Positions 34,264 through 42,030 of a stretch of DNA of 64,000 nucleotides are shown here, in pieces (position 1 is the stretch's first letter; each line of letters starts with the position of its first letter). A program made the position numbers and the translations under genes. This DNA is from Escherichia phage vB_EcoM-pEK20. Location of the stretch: the sequence record MZ868638.1; one strand, given 5' to 3'. Below the pieces are notes generated by a model. It was given only the letters and a program-made list of their open reading frames with translations. It did no database searches and was not told the DNA's origin.

Positions 34264-34454
34264 TGAAACGATTATATGAAGTGATTGAGGCCATCGAACA
34301 GCATAAAGAATATTTGTTTGTAGTATGGCCTTTAGTAAATGGACGGTTCGGTATTGATGTGCTGGACTATGAACATGAAGAATGGTTGGACGGCGGTATA
34401 TTTGATAACGTCGACCAGGCAATTGAATGGTTAAATGAAAACTATGTACGATAA
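34263..34454 (+). CDS. hypothetical protein
   Basis: 63 aa ORF. Confidence 0.5.
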
Positions 34455-34659
34455 ACATCATGAAATCGAAGATGAAGCATACAAAATGCTTCGTAAACTA
34501 GTGGGACTTAATATGAGTCCTACATTAATCAACAAACTCGCAGGAATTCGTAATGATCTGAATACTCGTTACAAAGGTGAATATCATGTAGAGTTTGTTC
34601 CTGTAGGTGAACCGACCGAGCGATTTGTTGTTCGAGTTAAAGTAAATACTGTACACTGA
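34435..34659 (+). CDS. hypothetical protein
   Basis: 74 aa ORF. Confidence 0.5.
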   Translation: MKTMYDKHHEIEDEAYKMLRKLVGLNMSPTLINKLAGIRNDLNTRYKGEYHVEFVPVGEPTERFVVRVKVNTVH

Positions 34660-34666
34660 GGTAATT

Positions 34667-34942
34667 ATGTTCCCAACTTATTCTGAAATTGTAAAGGTAG
34701 TCTTCAGTCAGATTATTGCTAATAATATGTTTGAAGTGCTTGATAATGCAGCCGAACTCAGAGTTCATGCTCAACTAACTCATGTACTCAATGCTTTGCT
34801 CCCAGACCAAGTAGATTCTATTGCTATTACTCTTCTCCCTGGGTCTGCACACGTCATAGTGGTATTTGATCTTGACGGCGATTTAGTTATCCAATGTGAT
34901 ATCAATTTCGGTACACAAAAAATTGAATGCAAAGCAATTTAA
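34667..34942 (+). CDS. hypothetical protein
   Basis: 91 aa ORF. Confidence 0.5.
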   Translation: MFPTYSEIVKVVFSQIIANNMFEVLDNAAELRVHAQLTHVLNALLPDQVDSIAITLLPGSAHVIVVFDLDGDLVIQCDINFGTQKIECKAI

Positions 34943-34944
34943 TG

Positions 34945-34974
34945 GTTTACAACATGGTGGAGTTGTGATACTAT
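34945..34974 (+). promoter_or_regulatory. early promoter
   Basis: GTTTAC, 18-bp spacer, TGaTACTAT; flanked by imperfect inverted repeat GGTGGAGTT/AACTCTACC. Confidence 0.6.
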
Positions 34975-35002
34975 AACTCTACCAACAAATGAGGAAATAG
35001 AA

Positions 35003-35239
35003 ATGCTAAGTGAAAACCCAATTACAGTACACGAATTTCAGATTAAAGTAAAAGAATTTGCTCAAGCACTCATCAATAAAGTGTCTGAACGTTTCCAAGA
35101 TGCAACATTACGAGTTATTCAAGAATCTCCACGTTCTTTTCTCATAATCGTTAATCCTAAAGATGGTGACCAAATTACTAATCTTAAATTAGGCAGTGAT
35201 GGTCTTGTTGAAGCAACTCGAGTATATGGAACACTATAA
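35003..35239 (+). CDS. hypothetical protein
   Basis: 78 aa ORF, GAGGAAA RBS. Confidence 0.55.
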   Translation: MLSENPITVHEFQIKVKEFAQALINKVSERFQDATLRVIQESPRSFLIIVNPKDGDQITNLKLGSDGLVEATRVYGTL

Positions 35240-35359
35240 TGAGAGCTATCTCATTACTATCGTGAATGGTCATAAATCTGAGCACTACCAACTTAGCCTG
35301 TCTAATCCGGTTAAAGGTATTGTTGAATCAGAATCTGTTTATATCTCCTAAGGATTGTT

Positions 35360-36352
35360 ATGTTACCTGTCATCAGAAAACTTATTTCTCCAAAAGAACT
35401 GGCTGAGATTATTCCTTTGTCGGAAGCTTACGCATCACAAGTGGCTTCTCATCGCGAACAAGTTAATTCGATTATGAACGGTGAAGACCCACGCAAACTT
35501 ATTGTTGTAGGTCCTTGTTCAATTCATGACCCTATTGCTGCTGTTGAATACGGCAAACGTCTGGCTGAACTTCAAACTCGTCTTCCTAATGTTCTGTTAG
35601 TGATGCGCGTTTATTTTGAAAAGCCTCGAACTACCGTAGGTTGGAAAGGTCTTGTAAATGATCCATATCTTGACGGAAGTTTTGATATGAACCACGGTCT
35701 TATAGTTGCACGAACATTGTGTCGTAAACTTCTACGTATGGGACTTCCATTAGCAACTGAAGTATTAGACCCATTCACGATTAAGTATCTTTCTGGTATT
35801 TTCTCATGGGTTGCTATTGGCGCCCGTACGACTGAAAGTCAGACACATCGTGAAATTGCTTCAGGTCTACCTATGTGCGTAGGCTTCAAGAACGCAACCA
35901 ATGGTTCTATTAAAGTAGCTACAGACGCGATGTATAGTGCCGCCTGGCCTCATCGGTATATGGGTATGGACGTCGATGGTACTGTAGGCATTGTTGAAGC
36001 TGAAGGTAATCAGAATACGCATATCGTATTGCGTGGCGGGACTAACGGCCCGAACTATCATTCTTCTGATATTCAAGAAGCTTCTAACAAAGCAAGTGCA
36101 TTAGGTCTGAATCATTATGTAATGGTTGACTGTAGCCATGCAAACGCTGATGGGTATTATAGCAATCAAATTGGTATTGGTAAAAATTTAGCAGCTAATG
36201 ATTTGGTCAAAGGAATTATGATAGAATCATTCCTACATGAAGGAAATCAAAAAATTTCTGATAATATGTCCTATGGCGTTTCCGTTACCGATGCGTGCAT
36301 CAGTTGGGAACAAACTAAAGAGCTGTTAACTTATATTAATAAGGTTCAATAA
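35360..36352 (+). CDS. 3-deoxy-D-arabino-heptulosonate 7-phosphate (DAHP) synthase, class I (AroG/AroF/AroH-like)
   Basis: 330 aa; hallmark motifs shared with E. coli AroG/AroH (GPCSIHD, MRVYFEKPRTTVGWKGL, AIGARTTESQ, VDCSHAN, ESFLxEGNQ); AAGGA RBS; stop overlaps cd start. Confidence 0.85.
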   Translation: MLPVIRKLISPKELAEIIPLSEAYASQVASHREQVNSIMNGEDPRKLIVVGPCSIHDPIAAVEYGKRLAELQTRLPNVLLVMRVYFEKPRTTVGWKGLVNDPYLDGSFDMNHGLIVARTLCRKLLRMGLPLATEVLDPFTIKYLSGIFSWVAIGARTTESQTHREIASGLPMCVGFKNATNGSIKVATDAMYSAAWPHRYMGMDVDGTVGIVEAEGNQNTHIVLRGGTNGPNYHSSDIQEASNKASALGLNHYVMVDCSHANADGYYSNQIGIGKNLAANDLVKGIMIESFLHEGNQKISDNMSYGVSVTDACISWEQTKELLTYINKVQ

Positions 36353-36933
36353 TGAAAGCTAGCACATATCTTCAAATTGCTTATTTGATTTCTCAAGAAT
36401 CAAAATGTTGTTCATGGAAAGTTGGTGCCGTCATTGAAAAAGATGGACGCATTATCTCTACTGGATATAATGGCTCACCCGCAGGTGGCGTTAACTGTTG
36501 TGAACATGCATCCGAAAATGGTTGGTTGAAGAATAAACCAAGCCCGGTCATCGTTGCTGGACATAAAGAAGGCACTACAGCATTTGGACGGGCAGATAAT
36601 TTTGTTTTGGCTAAAGAACATCGGGCCGCTCATAGTGCATGGTCTGCTAATAATGAAATCCATGCAGAATTGAATGCAATTTTGTTTGCAGCTCGTAAAG
36701 GTAATTCTATTGAAGGTGCTACGTTATATACTACGCTTTCTCCATGTCCTGATTGCACTAAAGCTATTACGCAGTCAGGTATTAAAAAGGTTGTATACGC
36801 AGAATTATACGATCGATCTCCTGAAAATTGGGCAGACATTCTAAAACAAGCCGGTATTGAAGTAATTCAGTACTCTCGTAATAATCTTCGTTCTCTGAAT
36901 TGGGAACAAATCCGAAACTTTTGTGGTGAATAA
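36352..36933 (+). CDS. cd: dCMP deaminase
   Basis: 193 aa as T4 Cd; zinc-binding CxxC/HxE deaminase motifs. Confidence 0.92.
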   Translation: MKASTYLQIAYLISQESKCCSWKVGAVIEKDGRIISTGYNGSPAGGVNCCEHASENGWLKNKPSPVIVAGHKEGTTAFGRADNFVLAKEHRAAHSAWSANNEIHAELNAILFAARKGNSIEGATLYTTLSPCPDCTKAITQSGIKKVVYAELYDRSPENWADILKQAGIEVIQYSRNNLRSLNWEQIRNFCGE

Positions 36934-36934
36934 T

Positions 36935-37231
36935 ATGATTTTAACTGAACAAGAAACTATGGTTCTTCGTGAACGTATTAAAACTATTCTGTCTGTAGGC
37001 GTTCATTGTGTTGTATTTGAAAAGGCTAACGGCGAGGTACGCACTATGTTTGCTTCGCGCGATGAACTTGAAGTCAAATATGAAAATAACAATCCAGCAA
37101 CAGAAGTTCGTTATGAACCTCGTGAATCAGTTCGAGCATTCGATACCAAGTTAGGCCAGTGGCGTTCTTTCCGCCTTGATAAAGTAATTTCGGTTGATGG
37201 TACTCCGGCGGAACGTTTGCTTCTTATGTAA
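36935..37231 (+). CDS. hypothetical protein (31.x position)
   Basis: 98 aa from ATG at 36935; the ORF-track start at 36923 is a GTG extension. Confidence 0.5.
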   Translation: MILTEQETMVLRERIKTILSVGVHCVVFEKANGEVRTMFASRDELEVKYENNNPATEVRYEPRESVRAFDTKLGQWRSFRLDKVISVDGTPAERLLLM

Positions 37232-37233
37232 TA

Positions 37234-37259
37234 TGCTTTACGAATAGTATGGTATTATT
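37234..37259 (+). promoter_or_regulatory. MotA-dependent middle promoter for gene 31
   Basis: MotA box TGCTTTA at 37234-37240, 13-bp spacer, TATTAT -10. Confidence 0.6.
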
Positions 37260-37288
37260 AATCTATCGTCAAACAACAAGGAAATAAG

Positions 37289-37621
37289 ATGTCTGAAGTA
37301 CAACTCCCAATTCGTGCTGTTGGTGAATATGTCATTCTGGTTTCTGAACCCGCTCAAGCAGGTGATGAAGAAGTTACAGAATCAGGACTTGTGATTGGTA
37401 AACGTGTTCAAGGTGAAGTTCCTGAACTATGTGTAGTTCATTCTGTAGGTCCTGATGTTCCTGAAGGTTTTGTTGAAGTCGGTGATTTGACTCCACTACC
37501 AGTTGGACAAATTCGAAATGTTCCACATCCATTTGTGGCTTTGGGACTTAAACAACCTAAAGAAATTAAACAGAAATTCGTAACATGCCACTATAAAGCT
37601 ATTCCGTGTCTTTATAAGTGA
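37289..37621 (+). CDS. 31: gp31 co-chaperonin (GroES analogue)
   Basis: 110 aa (T4 gp31 111 aa). Confidence 0.85.
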   Translation: MSEVQLPIRAVGEYVILVSEPAQAGDEEVTESGLVIGKRVQGEVPELCVVHSVGPDVPEGFVEVGDLTPLPVGQIRNVPHPFVALGLKQPKEIKQKFVTCHYKAIPCLYK

Positions 37622-37629
37622 TATAAATA
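37622..37629 (+). promoter_or_regulatory. late promoter-like TATAAATA upstream of rIII
   Basis: exact octamer, but about 117 nt from the rIII start. Confidence 0.3.
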
Positions 37630-37745
37630 ACTATATGAAGAGAACACTCTTCTAAGCGGTAGCCTACAACTGAGAGACCTGTCGAAAGAAGGTGAAATTC
37701 AGACGAACGTGGCTACTAAATATTATCTCGAATTGAGAATTTAAA

Positions 37746-37994
37746 ATGATTAAACAATTACAACACGCTCTTGAACTGCAACGCCATGCATGGAATAATG
37801 GCCACGAAAATTACGGTGCATCTATTGATGTCGAAGCCGAAGCCCTCGAAATCTTACAGTATTTCAAACATCTGAATCCGGCACAAGCCGATCTTCGCGA
37901 TATCCTGGTCCAGAAAGATGAATTGAAATATGCTAAGCCTCTGGCTTCTGCCGCACGTAAAGCAGTACGTCATTTTATTATTACCCTGAAGTAA
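37746..37994 (+). CDS. rIII: rIII lysis inhibition accessory protein
   Basis: 82 aa; MIKQLQHALELQRHAWNNGHENYGASIDVEAEALEIL... matches T4 RIII as recalled. Confidence 0.9.
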   Translation: MIKQLQHALELQRHAWNNGHENYGASIDVEAEALEILQYFKHLNPAQADLRDILVQKDELKYAKPLASAARKAVRHFIITLK

Positions 37995-38262
37995 GCTAAA
38001 TCGAGGAGCCGTCGAATTGTCTGATTATCGATTTGCGAATCGGTATGTTTTAGAAGTACCGCCCCGACAATTTTACGGTGTACCTCTTGAATGTATTTTG
38101 TACTATCACGCGTCAGAAAAGGGTTATCTGTTTAAGTCGTGGTTGGTATGATGACGGGTTTATGGTTATCCTGTCGTTAAATATCCAAAACCTATGTTCC
38201 CCTTGAGGGCTTGCGCAGGCAATGTCAATAAGTCCTGCATTTTCATTTAAAGAGAATTTATA

Positions 38263-38442
38263 ATGGCAAAACAAGCTAAAGCAAAGAAAGCAGTTGAAAA
38301 GAAAGTTGATGGTACCTCTAAACGCGCTGGATACAAGCGTGGGTCGAACTCTCGTATTAATCAAACAGTTGAGAAGATCATGCGCAGAGCACGTGCAGTT
38401 CTTCGAGATGATGCTTCTCGTTTTGGAAAGGTTGTTGCATAA
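38263..38442 (+). CDS. small basic protein (59 aa), uncertain
   Basis: Lys/Arg-rich ORF ending 5 nt before a strong terminator; weak RBS. Confidence 0.35.
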   Translation: MAKQAKAKKAVEKKVDGTSKRAGYKRGSNSRINQTVEKIMRRARAVLRDDASRFGKVVA

Positions 38443-38447
38443 TTTTA

Positions 38448-38472
38448 GGGAGACTTCGGTCTCCCTTTTGTG
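38448..38472 (+). terminator. intrinsic terminator
   Basis: GGGAGAC-UUCG-GUCUCCC plus UUUUG. Confidence 0.8.
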
Positions 38473-38502
38473 CGTTTAGGGCAGAAAAAGTTTAAAAAAG
38501 AT

Positions 38503-38531
38503 GTTTACTCTCCTGTAGGATGTGTTACTAT
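38503..38531 (+). promoter_or_regulatory. early promoter
   Basis: GTTTAC, 17-bp spacer, TGtTACTAT. Confidence 0.6.
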
Positions 38532-38572
38532 AGACTTGTACCACCTAATCAATAAAACAATCGGAGAATAAA

Positions 38573-38941
38573 ATGAAAATCAATCTGAACTCATACATCA
38601 AATGTAAAGACCACGACGGTTATAAAGCTATCGAAATTAAAGAATTCCAGTGGATGTTATACAAAGAGCAATTTGAGTTCGTAGGTTGTATGACCCCTGA
38701 AGGTCCTTCAGATGATTTCTCTTGGAAAATTGTGTTAGCAAACTTTTTCACAGGTGACACATACGAATTAAAAACTATTATTACCGGTAAAATTCGTTCA
38801 GAAACATATGTTGACGAAGAAACTGGTTACTCTGAAGATGTTACATGGTATCAAAATGGACGCATTACAGCAGATAACCTGATCGAAAAAATGAAAGCCA
38901 AAGGTGTTTTAAATTTAGACAATTGGATTAAAGTTGCATAA
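38573..38941 (+). CDS. hypothetical protein (gene 30 upstream cluster)
   Basis: 122 aa ORF; GGAGAATAAAATG initiation region. Confidence 0.6.
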   Translation: MKINLNSYIKCKDHDGYKAIEIKEFQWMLYKEQFEFVGCMTPEGPSDDFSWKIVLANFFTGDTYELKTIITGKIRSETYVDEETGYSEDVTWYQNGRITADNLIEKMKAKGVLNLDNWIKVA

Positions 38942-38945
38942 AACA

Positions 38946-38974
38946 GTTTACTTTGGTACAGGTTATGTTATTAT
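38946..38974 (+). promoter_or_regulatory. early promoter
   Basis: GTTTAC, 17-bp spacer, TGtTATTAT; perfect 9-bp inverted repeat GGTACAGGT/ACCTGTACC (38955-38963 and 38977-38985) flanks the -10. Confidence 0.6.
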
Positions 38975-39015
38975 AGACCTGTACCAACAAACAACTTAAA
39001 CATCTGGAGAATAAA

Positions 39016-39381
39016 ATGAACTACACCAACTTCGAACGCAAATATGTTTCTAACGGTATCGCTGGTTCTATCGATATGGTTTGTTTGTGGAAGCATAAAA
39101 ATGGTTCAGTATGTGAAATTGAGCAGTGCATGACTCCTAATTATGTTTATATGCGATTTGAAAATGGCATCACGGTTTCAATCACGATGGAAGGTTCAAA
39201 TTTTAAAATTGCATTAGATGATGATTTCCGTCAGCGTGATTTAGGTACTCATCCTTGCTGGAACGGTGTTAATCGTAAACTTCTGGTTAAAACTTGGATT
39301 CGTCATATCCTGAGTAACCGAGCTAAACATGAACATCTCGAAGCAATCTTTGATGTAGTTCTTAACGAATTTGATATCTAA
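39016..39381 (+). CDS. hypothetical protein
   Basis: 121 aa ORF; initiation region identical to that of the 38573 ORF. Confidence 0.6.
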   Translation: MNYTNFERKYVSNGIAGSIDMVCLWKHKNGSVCEIEQCMTPNYVYMRFENGITVSITMEGSNFKIALDDDFRQRDLGTHPCWNGVNRKLLVKTWIRHILSNRAKHEHLEAIFDVVLNEFDI

Positions 39382-39388
39382 TTTAACT

Positions 39389-39404
39389 GGGAGCCGAAGC
39401 TCCC
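39389..39404 (+). other. RNA hairpin GGGAGC-CGAA-GCUCCC (no U-tract)
   Basis: perfect 6-bp GC stem between ORFs; likely RNA stability or processing element rather than terminator. Confidence 0.4.
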
Positions 39405-39416
39405 ATTGAGGAAATT

Positions 39417-40031
39417 ATGTTTAAAGTTAATACTTTTTATAAAATGAATTTTAAAAATGGGGATATTACTCCACGCCTTAAAAACATGTTCTCATATGAC
39501 CTTATCGAGCCTTTTGAAGTTTTAGAAGTTACTGATGCTGGCTCAGTTTGTGAAATTAGAACTTCTGAAGGTAAAATTTATCAGGCTGGTGTTGGTAAAT
39601 TCAGTAATTGTTTTACTTTAATATTCTCGACTGATTTAGATGAGCATTTTATTGAATGTCCTAACCCTAAGGTCCATGAAGTTCCACAACAAGAAACTAA
39701 GAAAAATGGCCCGCATGAATATACGAAGGTTGAAACTCCTCACGGCGTTATGTGGCGACATAACTCTCCTTTCGGAAGTAAAGGAACATTTGCTCAACTG
39801 CCTAAACCGTATGACGATGAAAAATACATCGTCGCCTTTTTATCTGAACAGGGTACTCAAGACCGTGGATGCCAACGTTCCGGTTTATTGAGTGAACTCG
39901 AAGCTCATAACCGAGCACGTGAATTCGTTGAGAAAAATCCTGGTTCTGAAGCTCTAGTCATGAAAGCAATTACTCAATATATCACTGCTCAACCTGTTGT
40001 TCATCCGGTAGAAATTAATTTCATTAAGTAG
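39417..40031 (+). CDS. hypothetical protein
   Basis: 204 aa ORF, GAGGAAA RBS. Confidence 0.6.
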   Translation: MFKVNTFYKMNFKNGDITPRLKNMFSYDLIEPFEVLEVTDAGSVCEIRTSEGKIYQAGVGKFSNCFTLIFSTDLDEHFIECPNPKVHEVPQQETKKNGPHEYTKVETPHGVMWRHNSPFGSKGTFAQLPKPYDDEKYIVAFLSEQGTQDRGCQRSGLLSELEAHNRAREFVEKNPGSEALVMKAITQYITAQPVVHPVEINFIK

Positions 40032-40061
40032 TGTACATCCAAGGACGGATTAGAGTATAAT
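40031..40061 (+). promoter_or_regulatory. early promoter (GTGTAC, 19-bp spacer, TATAAT)
   Basis: motif match; spacer slightly long. Confidence 0.45.
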
Positions 40062-40088
40062 GATTTCTTTAGTAAGTGGAAAAAAAAT

Positions 40089-40286
40089 ATGAAATTTTTA
40101 ATAGCACAAACAGTCCAATTAAAAGGTGTTGGAATCCCTGGGGTGATTTTTAAAGTTCTCCCTGAATTTAAAACCGGCGCTGGAGTTATCAATGAAGCGT
40201 ATGCTGTTCAATGGGTTGATTGGACTTCTGACATACGTATGGGTAAAGAGTTATCTCCTATTAAAGGGTTGAAACATGTTGAATAA
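40089..40286 (+). CDS. hypothetical protein
   Basis: 65 aa ORF. Confidence 0.5.
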   Translation: MKFLIAQTVQLKGVGIPGVIFKVLPEFKTGAGVINEAYAVQWVDWTSDIRMGKELSPIKGLKHVE

Positions 40287-40488
40287 ATTAATCCAGAAAT
40301 TGTTAGGTACAGAAATGGTTGAAGTTACGTATCGTGTGACTGATGTAAGCCCATGGGCCCGAAAAGTTGAACCATATACTAAAACAATTAAAATGCTGAA
40401 ATATGACGGTGGATTATCTATCAAAGACCGTCTACCGGCTTATGGTCATTGGGCTGATGTTGAAATTATAAGTGTTAAAGATGTCTGA
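40276..40488 (+). CDS. hypothetical protein
   Basis: 70 aa ORF. Confidence 0.5.
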   Translation: MLNKLIQKLLGTEMVEVTYRVTDVSPWARKVEPYTKTIKMLKYDGGLSIKDRLPAYGHWADVEIISVKDV

Positions 40489-40939
40489 GTTAGAGATTAG
40501 AAGCAATTTTAGATGGCCGTCATGTGCATTAAGTAATTTTGCCCAGTGGCCTTTCGTTATGGATGGTATTCAATTCGGAGGTCTTGAAGGATTTCTCCAA
40601 GGATGTAAGGTGAAAAATGTTGAACAACAAAGACGTATATTTAGGCTGTCAGGACTGGCCGCACAGCAAGCTGGAAGGTCTTATGCAAGAGCTCAGGACC
40701 ATGGGACTCTCTTCTGGTTAGGAGTTCCATTTTCAAGATACTCTGAAGCATGGAAAGAATTATATACAAATGCATATTTTGAAGCAGCGATCCAAAACAA
40801 GGGGTTTCGCGATGCCTTACAAGCCTCTAAAGGAAAAATTTTGAAGCACAGCATGGCCAGCCACCTAACAAAAGATGATACAATATTAACTGAAGCTGAA
40901 TTTATTGATGTGTTAAACCTATTAAGAGACTCTTTATGA
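40472..40939 (+). CDS. NADAR / YbiA-like (DUF1768) domain protein
   Basis: 155 aa; motif ALSNFAQWPFVMDGIQFGGLEGFLQGCKV parallels the FSNFAAWP...DG...E.YFQAQKF core of E. coli YbiA as recalled. Confidence 0.5.
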   Translation: MLKMSELEIRSNFRWPSCALSNFAQWPFVMDGIQFGGLEGFLQGCKVKNVEQQRRIFRLSGLAAQQAGRSYARAQDHGTLFWLGVPFSRYSEAWKELYTNAYFEAAIQNKGFRDALQASKGKILKHSMASHLTKDDTILTEAEFIDVLNLLRDSL

Positions 40940-41751
40940 AGCCTACTATTTTGACTGACATTGATGGTGTATGTTTAAGCTGGCAATCTGGACTTCCTTA
41001 TTTTGCCCAAAAATATAATCTTCCATTAGAACATATTTTAAAAATGATTCAGGACGAAAAATTTATTTCTCCTGGTAAACTATTCAATACCGATGATAAC
41101 CTCGGTAAACAATTAATAGAAAAATATAATCGCTCTGATTTTATTCGTTACTTAGCGCCTTATTCGGATGCTCTTCGAGTTATCAATAAACTAAAAGAAG
41201 ACTATAATTTTGTAGCCGTGACGGCGCTAGGTGATTCAATTGATGCTCGATTGAATAGACAATTTAATTTGAATGCTTTGTTCCCAGGCGCTTTTTCTGA
41301 AGTAATGATGTGTGGTCATGATTCGTCAAAGGAACAATTATTTGAACTAGCTAAAACAAAATATAACGTGATTTGTTACGTTGACGATTTAGCTCATCAC
41401 TGTGACCATGCGGCAGAAATTCTTAATGTACCGATTTATTGGTTGGCTCGTGGTGAACGTGATGCCATTCCTCGTACTGCACAACGTGTACACACGTGGG
41501 ATGATATTGAATCTCGTTTGGTTCCACCTGAGCATAATTCAGATTCAGATCGTGAAGACCTTTTAAAACGATTGGCGGATTTGCTTAAAGAATCTGGTAC
41601 AACAAGTCCAGGTGCATGGCCTAATCAAATTGGCACTCCGTCGAATCCGTATACCTGGCGAAACCAAGGACCAACAGATATGCAGCCATGGTGGACGATT
41701 CAAAACTTTCCTTTAGATTCGTCTAAATGGACTTGGTCTATAAATTGTTAA
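40936..41751 (+). CDS. HAD-superfamily hydrolase-like protein with Trp-rich C-terminal extension
   Basis: 271 aa; N-terminal HAD motif I ILTDIDGV; ATGA-coupled to the NADAR-like ORF. Confidence 0.55.
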   Translation: MKPTILTDIDGVCLSWQSGLPYFAQKYNLPLEHILKMIQDEKFISPGKLFNTDDNLGKQLIEKYNRSDFIRYLAPYSDALRVINKLKEDYNFVAVTALGDSIDARLNRQFNLNALFPGAFSEVMMCGHDSSKEQLFELAKTKYNVICYVDDLAHHCDHAAEILNVPIYWLARGERDAIPRTAQRVHTWDDIESRLVPPEHNSDSDREDLLKRLADLLKESGTTSPGAWPNQIGTPSNPYTWRNQGPTDMQPWWTIQNFPLDSSKWTWSINC

Positions 41752-41760
41752 GGGATAATT

Positions 41761-42030
41761 ATGTTTGTAGTTCATGATATTACAGATGGTAAAAACACAA
41801 CGCGTGACTACGGTCACGTTAACATGTTCTTTCGAGACTGGCCATTGTTTCGTTCAGTAAAAGACGCAGAAATATTTAAAGAGTGTGTTGAACAAGGGTT
41901 CATCTACATTTCAGAATATTATGTTGAAGGTCTCGGTAAATGGATTACAACTTATCAGAAAACGCTTAAATCGCTTCTAGATGAAGTGGCTTATAATAGA
42001 ACCGTAACCAAAATCGAGGACATCAAATGA
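41761..42030 (+). CDS. hypothetical protein (30.1 position)
   Basis: 89 aa ORF. Confidence 0.55.
   Translation: MFVVHDITDGKNTTRDYGHVNMFFRDWPLFRSVKDAEIFKECVEQGFIYISEYYVEGLGKWITTYQKTLKSLLDEVAYNRTVTKIEDIK

Noticed and set aside
38113-38364. 83-aa ORF on the - strand in the rIII downstream spacer
   Set aside because: It runs against the direction of all surrounding early transcription, has no RBS or promoter, and overlaps the + strand mini-ORF and its terminator.
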